A DNA stretch of 64,000 bases, taken from contig JAMWBK010000005.1 of NCBI GenBank assembly GCA_029953675.1, positions 1,178,001 to 1,242,000 of the forward strand, written 5' to 3'. The notes beneath the pieces were generated by a model, which made no database searches, had not been told where the DNA came from, and saw only the letters and a list, made by a program, of their open reading frames with translations. Made by a program: the position numbers and the translations under genes. Below are positions 1 through 11,540 of the stretch, in pieces (within the stretch, counting starts at the first letter, position 1; every line of letters begins with the position of its first letter). This DNA is from Rhodosorus marinus CCMP1338. Its lineage: Eukaryota > Plantae > Rhodophyta.

Positions 1-54
1 GGCACCTAGGCTGCTTTCAATCGGCATCCATGTAAATCGTCTCCGTGATAGAGA

Positions 55-190
55 TTTGGAGGTGCGCTCTTTGCTCCTTCCAAGCGTACCTCAGTGAGGA
101 CCTTAGCCTCCGATTAAACCGATCTGTTAGATCCACCTTGCGATGCGGCAGGTAGGTGCTGAGTGAAGGCAACTGGGGCTGCCTTACACG
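55..190. repeat. Left half of a ~260 bp dispersed repeat (uninterrupted copy at 10472-10733)
   Basis: ttggaggt..gctctttgc..ccaagcgtacctcagt..ggacct(t/c)agcctcc..ccgatctgttag..gcgatgcggcaggtaggtg(c/t)tgagtgaa aligns with about 10472-10600. Confidence 0.85.
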
Positions 191-1730
191 TCGCGGAACC
201 TCACCTTGCAGCACGACCAGATGACGTCTGCTTCAAACTGGACCTCGCCAACGCATTCAGCAAAATTGAACCGACGCCTCGCCAACAGGATCATCGAACA
301 CGTGTTTCCTCAACTCCGTTCGCCGTTAAAGCTGAGCCCAAGGCGAGAGCCGAACGGCACGACAGCGACACAGATGAGTGGCTTCAGCTGCAGACTTGAA
401 ATGGCGTGCAGCAGGGCAACCCTCTTGGACCAGCCTTAACAGCGCTGGCCTTGTCCACGCATTGCGAGCACGCCGCGATCGGTTCCCAGCGACCACACTC
501 ACCGCCATCCATGACGACATCACATTCCCCGGCCCCACCGGAAGAAGTGAGAAAGACGCTCATTGGAGCGAGCAACACCTCCCTGAAATACCGCCTCCGA
601 AAGACGAAATGTCAACTGTTCGGACGATACCTACCCACGAGTCGACTCGTGAACTGGGAAATCCCCGACGTCCCACTCACCCCCCCCGCGTTCGTCATTC
701 GCGGTGGAATCCAACCTCATTCCATATTGGGACAAGGACCTACGTCCAAGATACGACACGGAAGCTACAACGGGAACTTGAAAAGCTCGTTGACGAAGTA
801 ATCCGCCTACCGACCGCTGCGCTCCAAACTAAACTGTCCCTCTTTCGATATTGTGTAGGGCAGCGTCTGGACTACTTTCTACGCGCCCTGCCCTGGCACT
901 GCAGGCGTGCTTCAATTAGTTGTTCGCGCAGTTGACGCGTCGAGTGCATCCAGCTGGAGTCACATACGGGCCTCCGAGGAATTGGTGGAGAACCCGGGGA
1001 TTAATGAGACGGTACGAGCGCGTATTCGTTCACGCACCGGACCTGGAGGCGATACCTGGCTGCGAGACTTCCGGTCGAGACTCCCTCGACGCCTGAGCAC
1101 AGTCAAACTGAACCTGAGCCTGAGACACTGATGAGATGGGCGCCATTCTTGTACGAGTTCTTAGTACATGTACTATATATTCACAACACGGTGAAGCTCC
1201 AGGCATCCAACGCCTGCACCAGTGCACCAGTTCTACAGGGAACTGCGACACAATATGATCCGGGATGCTTTGGCCACGCATATGAGACAATGGCGACTAG
1301 AAGTGACCCTCGAACCGACCGAGCACTACCCAGTCAGCCACCGCCACCCAGGCATTATAGCTCGACACCCCGGGGCCAGAAAGCTGTACGTCATTGATGT
1401 TAAAGGGACATCGCCGTTTGCAAAGGACCTGCCTCAATGAATCCTCCTGGGAGACAGGATACGCAGCACTCAAGGTAGGGGAGTTCAAAGAGTCGAAATA
1501 CCGCGATGCGATCGGAGCTCACAATAACTACACCTCAGTGCCCTGCTGCGTATAGACGTTCGGGCGGACGGGGAAGCAAGCTGATCAGTTCTTGAAATAC
1601 GCTTCAGCGCCCACCAAACACAAGTCAGCGAAGCATGAGCGACGCTCAACCGGTCCCTTGGAAAGGGAATGCTGGCCACCCAGGGTCGTCGAGTAGGCGA
1701 AGGGAACTTTGAGATCGCTAGAACGTAGCC
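191..1730 (+). mobile_element. Decayed CRE-type (RT + RLE) non-LTR retrotransposon, 5'-truncated and frameshifted
   Basis: Motifs across frames: FKLDLANAFSKI, GVQQGNPLGP, AIHDD, FRYCVGQRLDYFLRALP, HNMIRDAL (RH-type), YVIDVKGTSP, KESKY..VPCC-x-TFGR. Confidence 0.85.
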
Positions 1731-1843
1731 AAACAACCCATATGGAGTTAAAATGGGTTAATTGGCTTTTAACTCAACAATAGATTCTTTGGTGCCTCTT
1801 GACGGGCTCCAGTATGGAGCTCCTTTCTAGAGCGTTCACGTTT

Positions 1844-1975
1844 ACGTTCCCACGCCAACTGTCCTTTCAGAACTCCCAACAGCTAATAATGTCAGCCATT
1901 GGAAAACTTATAGACCATTTATTCAAAATATAGAAAATGATCGGCTAAATTTTCATCACTCAAAGTCCTTATTGC
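1844..1975. repeat. Right half of the ~260 bp dispersed repeat
   Basis: ccacgccaactgtcc(t/c)tcagaactcc..aataatgtc..aaaactta..atttattcaaaatatag..gctaaa..caaagtc aligns with about 10600-10733. Confidence 0.85.
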
Positions 1976-2158
1976 GCAATACCTCCAAATCCCAGCCTGA
2001 ACAAATCACGGAAACCCAGTCTTCCAAATATTTAAGCCAGATCAGGTCTTTATCGAGCAAACCCACTTTTTTTTTTTTCTCGCTATGTTTTAAAGGCGGC
2101 TTAATTGCTTCCAATATATAACAATCAATCAGCAGCCCCCAAAAAAAGAGACAGCTTT

Positions 2159-2403
2159 GGACAAGCTGTCCCAAAACAATCATGGAAAACGAACCAGATA
2201 GACAGAGCGAGAAAAATATTAATTTTCTAGCTCTCCGCTTTCTACCGAACAAAACATATTTTAAAAAAATAGAGAAAACTCGGACAAGCTGTCCTAGAGG
2301 CGGAAAGGATAGACAGAGCGAGTACAATATTAGTTTTCTAGCTCTCCATTTACCCCGCTCGAAAATAATTTTGAAAAACAAATAGAGTTTGGACAAACTG
2401 TCC
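2159..2403. repeat. Degenerate ~110-120 bp tandem repeat (about 2.3 units) with palindromic GGACA-N3-TGTCC
   Basis: Motif at 2159, 2282 and 2391. Units share gatagacagagcgag..aatatt..ttttctagctctcc. Confidence 0.85.
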
Positions 2404-2994
2404 CAGAAAAGAGAGAGCGAGGCACCGGCATAGGTCGAGAAAAAAAAATTAGTTTTCAAGCCCTCGAGGGGTACCGTGCAAAATATTTTTGAAAAACCCG
2501 GATTCTTGTTTTGTTTAATTCGTGAGAGGGGAAGGGGTAGGGTTTTAACTCATGATTTGTTTTTTGTTGCAGATGATTTAATTTGCTTGGAATAGAGGAT
2601 TTTTGAGATATCTTTTTGTTGTTGTGGGGGTGTGTGTGTTTGGGAACGAGTTTTAGTTTTTTGGAGAAAAATGTTTTTTTTGTTTTTTTTTATGGAGAGG
2701 GGGGGGGGGAGAGGGGTGGGACGAAGATTTTTGGGAAATTGCGGGAATGGAAAGTCATGACTTGGGCAAGAGGTAGATAAAACACTATCAACTCAGCTCC
2801 TTTTGTCGTTCCTCCAACAAAGAGGAAGATGGCGTATTGTGATGGTTTGCGGTGGGGGGCGGAGGTGAGGGAGGGGGAAGGGAGGGTTGGGGAGAGAAGG
2901 GTAAGTTTGTATACAGGGGTTGAGAGGATGAATTTTTAGTTTCTGGATTTGTTGGAGGAACGACAAAAGGAGCTGAGTTGTGGGTGTTTTATCT

Positions 2995-3021
2995 GTTGTT
3001 GTTGTTGTTGTTGTTGTTGTT
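2995..3021. repeat. (GTT)9 microsatellite
   Basis: Read directly. Confidence 0.95.
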
Positions 3022-3260
3022 TTTCTGGTTTTCGAAGAGGTTGGGGGTTTTGGGTGCGTGGGGGGAATCTGTGGGAGTTGTAATGATCAGTTAGGACCCA
3101 AGTTTGGATTTTTTTTTTCAGATTTGAGCTTTGAGGTATGGTGTGTGATTTCCGTCTTCCTCCGTTTTGAGGTTTGGGGGGTTGTGGGTTTGTATTTTTT
3201 TTGGTTTTTTTTCTGTTGTCTTCTTCTCTGGTTCCGGAATTTTTGAGGTTTCGTGGGAGA

Positions 3261-4066
3261 ATGGGATGCTGCGTATCGAGGAGTGAGGAGGTTGCAAGCA
3301 GTCTTCACCCTGTCGCTGAGAAGGTTGCCTGGCATTTGGTTGCGCCGAATGTTGAAGGCCAGGATGAAAAGTCCAGAAAATACCCTGAGGAGTGTCCCAT
3401 ATGTATGATGTACTTCCCCGCTCTGAATAGCCATGCGTGTTGCGGTCAGGTGAGCTCAAGGATTCCTTTTGAAGTAGCCACGTTCGTGGCAGAGCAAATT
3501 TGGGTGAGATATGCGTTTCTCACGGTTGTTTTCTGTTCCTATTGCTACAGAAAATCTGCACCAAGTGCCTTAGAAAAGTAAGATCACTGGGTGCCGACCG
3601 AAAGGAATGGGTGTGCCCATTCTGCATGTTTCGTGGGCCGAAAGTGACGTACAATGGTCCACTCTCTGAGGAAGAGCTTCGTCGCCAGTCTGAGGAGCGA
3701 AGAAAAATAGACGAGGCACTGGCAAGAGCGAAGGAGGAAGAAAACTTCGAAATCTCAAGTAGAAATAGCGAGGAAGCAGACTTGGATGCGGACCGGTATG
3801 TAGACGATGGGGGGGCTGAGTACGAAGCTGATTCCGAAAACATAGGACAGCAAGGCTCCGAACAGGAGGTTTCGTCCAGGGCTCGAGACTCGGAGTTTGG
3901 AGATATCGCCAGTGCTGTGGAGGCCTTTGAAGCTTATTTGAGGTCAGCAACAGACGATGTCAGATTTGCACGTGCCCTTGGACACCTCTCTCCCGATGGG
4001 CACCTACTCGAACAGTTGCTCGTTGAGCAGGCCATCAGACAGTCCTTGGGTGTCCCCGCATCTTAG
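3261..4066 (+). CDS. DA2/GW2/SIP5-type RING protein (putative E3 ligase); 2 exons, 3261-3449 and 3551-4066
   Basis: Spliced product EECPICMMYFPALNSHACCGQ|KICTKCL..CPFC..KVTYNGPLSEEELRRQSEERRKI matches the DA2/GW2 pattern EECPIC..YP.LN...CC...ICT.C..CPFC..V.Y.G. The 101 nt GT-AG intron is in frame. N-terminus MGCC. Confidence 0.85.
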
Positions 4067-4598
4067 CACCAAACCCGAGCTGGATGATGCACATTAAAAG
4101 TAGAGCCCAAGAACAATAGATTGGTTATTTGAAGAGTAGGCTGGTGGCTAACCAAGAAGAGGGTACCATTCCTTCACCGTTTCTCTTCGGGAGGATTTCT
4201 GACAATGCACGTATGCACATAAATAAATGGTACTGTAGATTTCGTATAAAACCGAAATTGTCATCTTCTCTAGGGAACAGAATAGAGCAGCGCCCCAGTC
4301 CAAATCTCCAGTCTCCACAACCTCACCCCTTAAGCCGATGAATCCAGAGGAGAAGATTTAGAGGGACTCTCTTTCGAATGCGGTGAAAGCTTATATAAGA
4401 TTCCTTGGAAACCGTTGGAGAGTTTGAGTTTACCGCAGTCGTGTTCTAATTGGCTTGTATATGTGCGACCTCAATGGTACCAAGCGGTTTAAGACGCTTT
4501 TGAGTGTTCTTGAGGACGGCCTGTGTGTTTTGGGGTTTGACTTGCATATCCACCTTTTTCTGCCTTTCGCGTGACCAAGTGGCAGAGCTTCCGGACGG

Positions 4599-5216
4599 AT
4601 GGGAAACGAGCAGAGCTCGGATGGAGCTCCTGCTGGTTCCTCCGTACTGACTGTGAAGACCGATTCCGGTGATACGGTTGAGGAGCGGAAAGGAATCGCG
4701 AAGTTGGAGTCGCTCCCTGACGTACGTCCGTTGGTTGTTCAACGGAACAACAGTGAGGCGACTGCAGCTATGCTGCCCGCGGTAATGGCCTCCCTGCTGT
4801 CGATCAAATCATCGAATCCAAAGCCTGGGCTTCGATTTGATGACGAGGATGTACTGAAAGCCCTGGACGGTCTGGCCTCGACTGGGAACGACGAACAGTT
4901 GGTCCGCGAGCAGGAAAAGCTGATAAAGCATATAGAGGAAACGATGAGGGATCTGAAATATGTAAGAGCTACCGAGGAGAATACATTCATTCTGTCGCAA
5001 GCTATTTTCAAAAGCCTACATCAGATGGATCGTCTGTTGATCACTATTGCCGACATGAGTGAAGAGGTGGACGAAATAGGAGAAATGCTAAAGGGAATCA
5101 CCGCGCGATTACCCGAAGGGGATCCTCTGAAGTCGTTCTCAGCTTTCGTCGAGTCGAAGAAAACTCAAGATGATTCTGGAGGGAGAGCTGAGGAAGATCC
5201 CGGCGTCGCTCCATAG
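4599..5216 (+). CDS. BORCS5: BORC subunit 5 (myrlysin/LOH12CR1)-like protein
   Basis: MGNEQSS N-terminus (animal MGSEQSS), AKLESLPDVRPLV (animal IKLQEIPTFQPLL), coiled-coil core, and ITARLPEGDPLKSF (animal LNSMLPEGERLEPF). Recalled alignment, not a database hit. Confidence 0.7.
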   Translation: MGNEQSSDGAPAGSSVLTVKTDSGDTVEERKGIAKLESLPDVRPLVVQRNNSEATAAMLPAVMASLLSIKSSNPKPGLRFDDEDVLKALDGLASTGNDEQLVREQEKLIKHIEETMRDLKYVRATEENTFILSQAIFKSLHQMDRLLITIADMSEEVDEIGEMLKGITARLPEGDPLKSFSAFVESKKTQDDSGGRAEEDPGVAP

Positions 5217-5745
5217 GGATTTCTGCTCCCGGTTTCCAGGTTTCCCGTCTTTCGACTATGCCTGTTGTTGACCCCTAGCGAGGAGAGTCTGTTGCTAGAG
5301 GTTAGATGCGCTCGGATCCCAGACTCGTTGGAATTTTTGCCGAGGGGTACATAAGAGGTTCAGCGTCACCCTTCGCGAAAAGAGATTGATGCGAACTTGA
5401 AGTTTATTATGTCCAGTTTATGAGTTACAGATCAAGACTCGCCTAGTTGGTACCAGTCCCAGGCGTCCTGCAGAAGCGGTACCGGGGCCTGCACTGTCGG
5501 GCGGTCATCGATGAGAGATTTAAAAAAAACAGACCCGAATAAGTGCCTTCCCTCAGCCCCATCCGAGGTTGCGTTAACACGGATAGCTCGCTTGGAAAAC
5601 CAAGCTAGTCACATACTCGAGCCAGCGGAAACCGCCGACCTCCTTTCCAAACGAGCTGTCCATCTGTCCATTCTAACGGTCAGAAGCAACACCATGATGC
5701 ACTGCTCGGGGAAGATTCTGCAACCTCGGGGTCGAGCTGACGTCC

Positions 5746-7537
5746 TTACCCGTCCTTCAAACGCGAGCATGCCCTTGCGTATTCATAATCAAAAGAGTAG
5801 CCTACAAGGTAAAAGTCCATGATGCTGTGTCTCGCGACCCTTTGAATGGGCCACAGCTGCATATCATCACAACGGCCATCATCAAACAGTTCATCCTCAT
5901 CAAAATTCACATTTTTCCACTCGGAAAGATCAAAGTTAGGAACTCCGCCGAAGCCAGGGGTCATAGTCATTTTTAGGTTGTCAGCGTGGGTGCGCCTTCC
6001 ATCAACATTCTTCCAATCCACATCTTTGAAAAATGGGTGAAGTTTCAGCTCTGAAACGCCGGTAATACCGCAACCGAGCCTGTTTTCTGGTTTGCGCTCA
6101 AGCAGAGATGTTATGAGACTGATCAACTCTAGAGAAGCGTCTCGGGGGAATCTGATTGGGTCGTTGTTCATCCGTTGAACAACGGTATCGATGTCCTTCG
6201 CGTCATACGGTGTTCTCCCGCGTAGTGTGTGATAAACGAAGACTCCTAGAGTCCACAAGTCAATAGAAAGTCCATATTGACGCACAATAAGCATCTCCGG
6301 TGCTGCGTAAGTATGGGTACCACAGATGGTAGTCGTCAAGCCAGCATCCCTACAACAGCGAGAATTGCAACGGGTGACGTGGGTGAGATTTCGGAGAGCT
6401 GCTTAGTTTCGAGTAGCAAAAACTCCGCGCAAAGAAAGTTCCTTACCCTCCCCCGTCGAGTTTCTTGCAAAGTCCAAAATCTGCCAGTTTCACATGCCCG
6501 TCTTTGTCAAGGAGAACATTCTCAGGCTTCAAGTCCCTGTAAATAAACCCCTGGGAGTGAATAAACTCCAGAGCGAGTATTGTCTCCGCAGCGAGCCTTC
6601 TGGCCTGTGCCTCCTTCAAGCACCCACCATGGGTACGGAGGTAGTAAAACAAATCACCTCCTTCGCAAAACTCGGTTACAAAGTAAACCTTATGATAGGT
6701 CTGGAACGCGTATCGAAGCTGCGTAAAAAATGGCTGACCTATCGAAAGTTCCAGCATCAGCCGTTCGTCTACTGCATGCCGGTACGCTGATCTCGATTTG
6801 AACAAGGTCGCTTTGTCTATGCTCTTCAGAGCTAGTTTCTCCCCAGTACGCTTGTCACGCACAAGGAATACTTTACCCGATGCTCCCTTCCCAATCGCGT
6901 GCAACACTTCAAAGTCGCGCAGAGTAACTCGTCGTTGCCTTGCTGCTGCGCCCAAAAAGGGTTCCCATTCGTTGAACGCAATGCACGAATCGAATCGTAA
7001 ATGTAAAGCAGCTGAATGACCAGGTTTCTTCAGTACCAAACACTCCCCGGCACTTTTTGTTGAAATTTCACACCCGGCGACGTTGAACATACCCACGATG
7101 GGCGGGTTTTGAGAGAATCCACCAAGATCTGTGAAGCTATGATCCAGAAGCACTACCGTGGATCCTCTCAGCTGGCCGTGAAACTTCTCCCATGATGAGC
7201 CAAGTAATTTAAGTCCTCCCTTCTTCACATAAATAGTCGAGGATACAAGTGGGCGGACTCCCTCAATTAACCTCAATGGATCGTAGCCCTTATGAAATAT
7301 AGGATCCGAATATTGAAAGCCACTCGTGAACCGCTCTTCGGAGACATCGACTCTCTGGGATTTGCGTAATCCAGATCGACGGCCAAACAGTTTTGATCCC
7401 CCGGATCCCCGAAGTTTCCAACTCGCTTCTTCCGTGTTATCACCACGTCTCCCCGCAAATGACTTACTCCCTACGAATGAGCGATTGTACACGTTTCCCG
7501 GCCCTGCCCGGGGCCTATCTCGCGTTGCCATTGACAA
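5746..7537 (-). CDS. PH-domain AGC-family Ser/Thr kinase; intron 6350-6446
   Basis: GKGASGKV, ALKSIDK, YRDLKPEN, DFG and TICGTHTYAAPE after splicing. C-terminal VGYSF resembles the hydrophobic motif. A PH-like region precedes the kinase domain. Confidence 0.92.
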
Positions 7538-9299
7538 TTCTCACCGAACAGATTGGAGCGAAACCCGGCCTCCACCACTGCGGCCCGCTTGCACTACCCC
7601 AAAAACAGTGACCGCAATTTCCAACGTCACTTCCACACGAAGCACCCCGACCGCAAAACCTTTTTTTTCTCTCTCTCGCTTTCGTACTCGATCGAGCGCC
7701 TTCAATCCTTCCTCTACGTTGCTCTCATACACAACTCAGACCACCTCTTCCTGCATAGTCGCGCGCTCGCGCATAATAAAGCCCATCTATCCCTTTTCTC
7801 CTCTCCAATGGCCGTCCTCAATGGACACAAACTCCAGTCCAGTTCCCCAGTCCAAACCCTCCTCAACCCCTTCCTCGCCCACACTCATCCATTTCCCCAG
7901 AAAACATCCAAGCCATCTCCCCACTTCCCGCCCAATGAAAAAAAGGCCCCTGCGGGCTCCCAGTTAGATATAAAAACTAGAATCTTAAAATCCCCCCCTC
8001 CAAAAAATTAACACCTGAACGCTATCGTGCTGACATTTCCTTTACCCCTCTTTGCGTATTACGCATACTGCAGGATCCCCCTCCCCCCCCCAAAAATAGT
8101 GTAATCTGATTTACCCCCCGGATCAACATCTCAGTGACCCCTTTGCGTTGACGAGTTTGAAAAATTATATTCCTTAAAAGTACAAAATAATCAACACCTT
8201 TTGTATTCTAGATGAGGTCCATCGTTTCTATTCTCTCCGTACAAAAAAAAACATTTTCATTGTTATACCCCCTAAAAAACTACGTGTTAGTTTAATATCT
8301 TTTAGCCTACCCCCATTGGCTAGATATTTGGTTTTGAAAATTGGTCTATCGATGAGTCATAACCCCCCTTCCTTAACAAACTTGTTTTCAAGGAAAAGAA
8401 CTATTTTGCCACCAAGGGTGCCCAGACCTCCTTCTTCAATTTTCTTATTTATTTAGTTTTGAAATTGGATCGATCTTTCACAAATTTGGCCTTCTGGTTT
8501 CTAGGACGCGCCTTTGTTTCGAATCAATACCCCTGGGTATATCTGTTTCTATTGAATCAGCCTTTTTGTCCAACAGTTTCAGAAATCCTTAAATAACGTA
8601 AATTAATTCAATTTATATTCCCACAACTAAGAAATATAACCCCCTTGAAAAAGTTTACATTTATGCATTATCGCATCTGGTTTTTTTCATATTTCGTGGC
8701 TCCGTTTACCCCCATTATAAAGCAGTTCGATGAGCACCCAAAAAGGTAATACTAATGATATAAAAATGAAAAAATCGTGGAGCGCTTCAAAGTTTCGAAT
8801 ATTTGTAAGGGGGGGGAGGTTATCTACATACAAATTTTGGACAGAGTTGGAAACGATTGAAATATGAAGTTCTTGAGGTGTTTATTTGAAAGTGTCTTTC
8901 GTTTGGTTTGATTTCAAAAGTGTCCCTTTTTGGGGAGTTTTTGTTTTGCAGCTCATAGGGTTGCGTTCGATATGAGTGCCTTTGGAATATAGTGAGACAG
9001 ACAGGAGAAATGTGTGAACGGCGAGGTTTGCTACCCCAGCTCTTTCAGTGATCCCAAGAACTTCTTCATAATTGTCGCGGCCAGCCTGTTCCATTTGCTT
9101 CCATAGAGCGTTTATAGTGCTGACACTTTGAGCGCGGTATCAGTGTGTGGGTACACTACTGAGCAGATCCGTTCAACAGGTGGTGTAGTACCTCAAGAAC
9201 GGTAACATGGTTACCTATCGTAGTTAGAGTCCTCCGGGGTGCGAGGTTACGCCCATCCTTTTCTCTAGATAGTGATCGAATCAGCGCTACGCTGCACTA

Positions 9300-11540
9300 G
9301 GCAGCTGCCCTACAAAGGATACGGCTACCTCCCATACAAGCTATTACCTAGGTGCCCACGGCGCCGGGTCTAGGATTCGTTTGATGCAAGCTTCTCGAAT
9401 ACCATGGGGCTTCGATTTACGATTGGGTCTTAACGAGCTGAGTGAGGAGCAGGCGCAGTTGTAGAGGACACTTCGGCAGGGGAATGCTGAGCTTGCGATA
9501 AGACCTACTGCGTGTGAATCAGCTGGACAATCCGCTTGTACGTTTTTTCTCCCTCACACGCAGCACGAGAGCCCAGCAGCGGGACTACGCCTCACCCTTT
9601 GATACTGTTCGAATTAGTGTAGTGCTGCATGGACAGCTAGCTTCCCAGTAAACGTTACGGTTTGAAAGGCGTCTGGGAGTGCCGACTCGATCAGCATAAC
9701 TCCAGATTCTTTCAACTGCACTCTAGGCTTTTTTCAGTGTAGAAGGAATTCTTTGAGGGTTGGTTAAGGGAGGAGTATCAGCCCGGACACTGCTTCAGCT
9801 CGGATTGCACTTCACTATTGCGACGCCCGAAAAGAACCATAAGAAAGGTATTGTGCTGGAGAGGATTATCAGACAAGATGTTGGCAGGGGAGGTCATTCT
9901 GTGCGCCAGTTGAGCATCAATGGCTGCTTAATATTTTCATCGACTACCCCCGTCAGCTCATCCTCTTGAAGGCAACGTTGGTTCACATGTACGGAAGAAG
10001 CCTGGTTATTTCGTCTGCATTCAGTAGATTGATACGCGTGAAAGCGTAGAAAAAGGTTGAACTATGGTTTACTGGAGAGACTTTAGGAGAGTTCAAGGCT
10101 AGCCCCAGGGGTCAATCTGTGAATCAGCTAAGACATCTTTCACGCTTTCAATGGGCTGTTCAAGATGATCTTCCAGGAGCTCATCCACGTCCGGGTACGA
10201 ATCGAGTTCTAGACCCTCGTGCGCATCGTTGGCCTTCATGCACAGGAGCTTCCTTACGCTGTCCGGGTTCAGTTCATTCCACAGTCTGAACTGGACGAGC
10301 GCGATGGATGAGAATTTTATTTTCTGAAGCCGCGCTGGAGGTTCGCATCGCAATACCACAGAAAAATCGAGCGCGGGGAGCGAAGAGTTTTGTTGAGGGT
10401 TGCGGTAATCTGGGACGGTGATCGTTTGTTTCGTTGAGTCTTGACCCTGTGGTGCTCTACGCAGCGTTAGTCTTGGAGGTTGGCTCTTTGCCCCCTCCCA
10501 AGCGTACCTCAGTCGGGGACCTCAGCCTCCCATTAGCCGATCTGTTAGCCCTGGCCTGCGATGCGGCAGGTAGGTGTTGAGTGAAACCAGTTAGGGTCGC
10601 GTTTCCACGCCAACTGTCCCTCAGAACTCCGGACAGATAATGTCGTGTGCAACGAAAAATTTTTAAAACTTATTGATTATTTATTCAAAATATAGGACAT
10701 ATTCCGCTAAAATGACATATGCAAAGTCTTTATTAGGGATCCTACGCCTTTATGCCGCACCGACGCTTCGGGAGTCCGGGCGAACGTGTTGGTGAATGTC
10801 GTCGCTGCTGACCCATTGTACGTTGTTTTTGTTCCTCCTCCATCGGAACGTTACCTGTCCGAAGATCCATCACTCACGCGTCTCGCTACTTGATTTCTGG
10901 TATGTTTTTCTGCCTGACTTCTCTTAACTACTGCACAAATGAAGCCTATTCATACGCGATTTCCGGGGCGACAAGAAGTTACTCACCACCGCCGAAGACT
11001 GAATTGTTCCTTCGAGGGTTGTGGCTTGCGAGCTCTCCAAATCAGGCAAGGTCGTCCGCAAACTGGACGCCAGCACACGCCGAGCGGACAGATTCTGCCC
11101 ACAAGCGTATGTCATGTTACTTCTTGAACTGCCCCCCCTGAGGATATCCTCGACTGCTCAAGCAAGTGCATATACGGAAGCAGCGCAGTTCCACAGGAAT
11201 GAATACGCTGTGGGATGGCTTGCATGTCAACCAAAAAAAAGCACCTTCGCACGACCTGGAGAGACACTAGAACAAACAAAGTGGACGTACTTGCAGTTGG
11301 GCAATTTCAATTGCGATTGATGCCAGTAGACACGAACCCTTTCTGATCCACTGGTACACTTGGTCCGCTTCTTCTGTGCGATGTGATCAAAGCAAATCCA
11401 CCAAACTCCGTTTCTCTGCCAACTACACGGGCGGAGTCTGTCGTTTGCGAAGAGTATAGCCTTGTTTCACCTAGTCCTGCCTTTCTAGGTGCATATGAAA
11501 TCCACTTCTAGTCTTCCCTAGACCATCCGAGATTTGAAGT
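9300..11540 (-). mobile_element. Highly decayed tyrosine-recombinase retrotransposon (DIRS/Ngaro-like) relic
   Basis: Ordered minus-strand motifs with many stops: VKQGYTL..PP..EE..IRKGF (about 11340-11490), GYPQGG..VQFADDL (about 11045-11145), FLMVLFGRRNSEV (about 9810-9850), PHSAR followed by HGIREACIKR (about 9375-9445). Confidence 0.45.
10472..10733. repeat. Uninterrupted copy of the repeat that is split at 55-190 / 1844-1975
   Basis: Colinear similarity to both flanks of the retroelement at 191-1730. Confidence 0.85.

Noticed and set aside
17-214. Gypsy integrase-like reading (TDRFNRRLRSSLR) of the split repeat
   Set aside because: It is equally or better explained as a YR-element RT/RNaseH linker given the context of the 10.5 kb copy. 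Unresolved, so not called.
1956-3459. Phe/Leu- or Lys-rich ORFs in AT- and GT-rich intergenic DNA
   Set aside because: Products of homopolymer runs and tandem repeats, with no domain motifs.
3261-5216. Functional cluster of N-myristoylated membrane-trafficking genes
   Set aside because: Two adjacent MG-start genes can occur by chance, and there is no evidence of co-regulation.
9180-9195. GTGTAGTA match to the U2 snRNA branch-pairing region (relevant because some RLE elements target snRNA genes)
   Set aside because: An 8-mer only, with no flanking U2 sequence.
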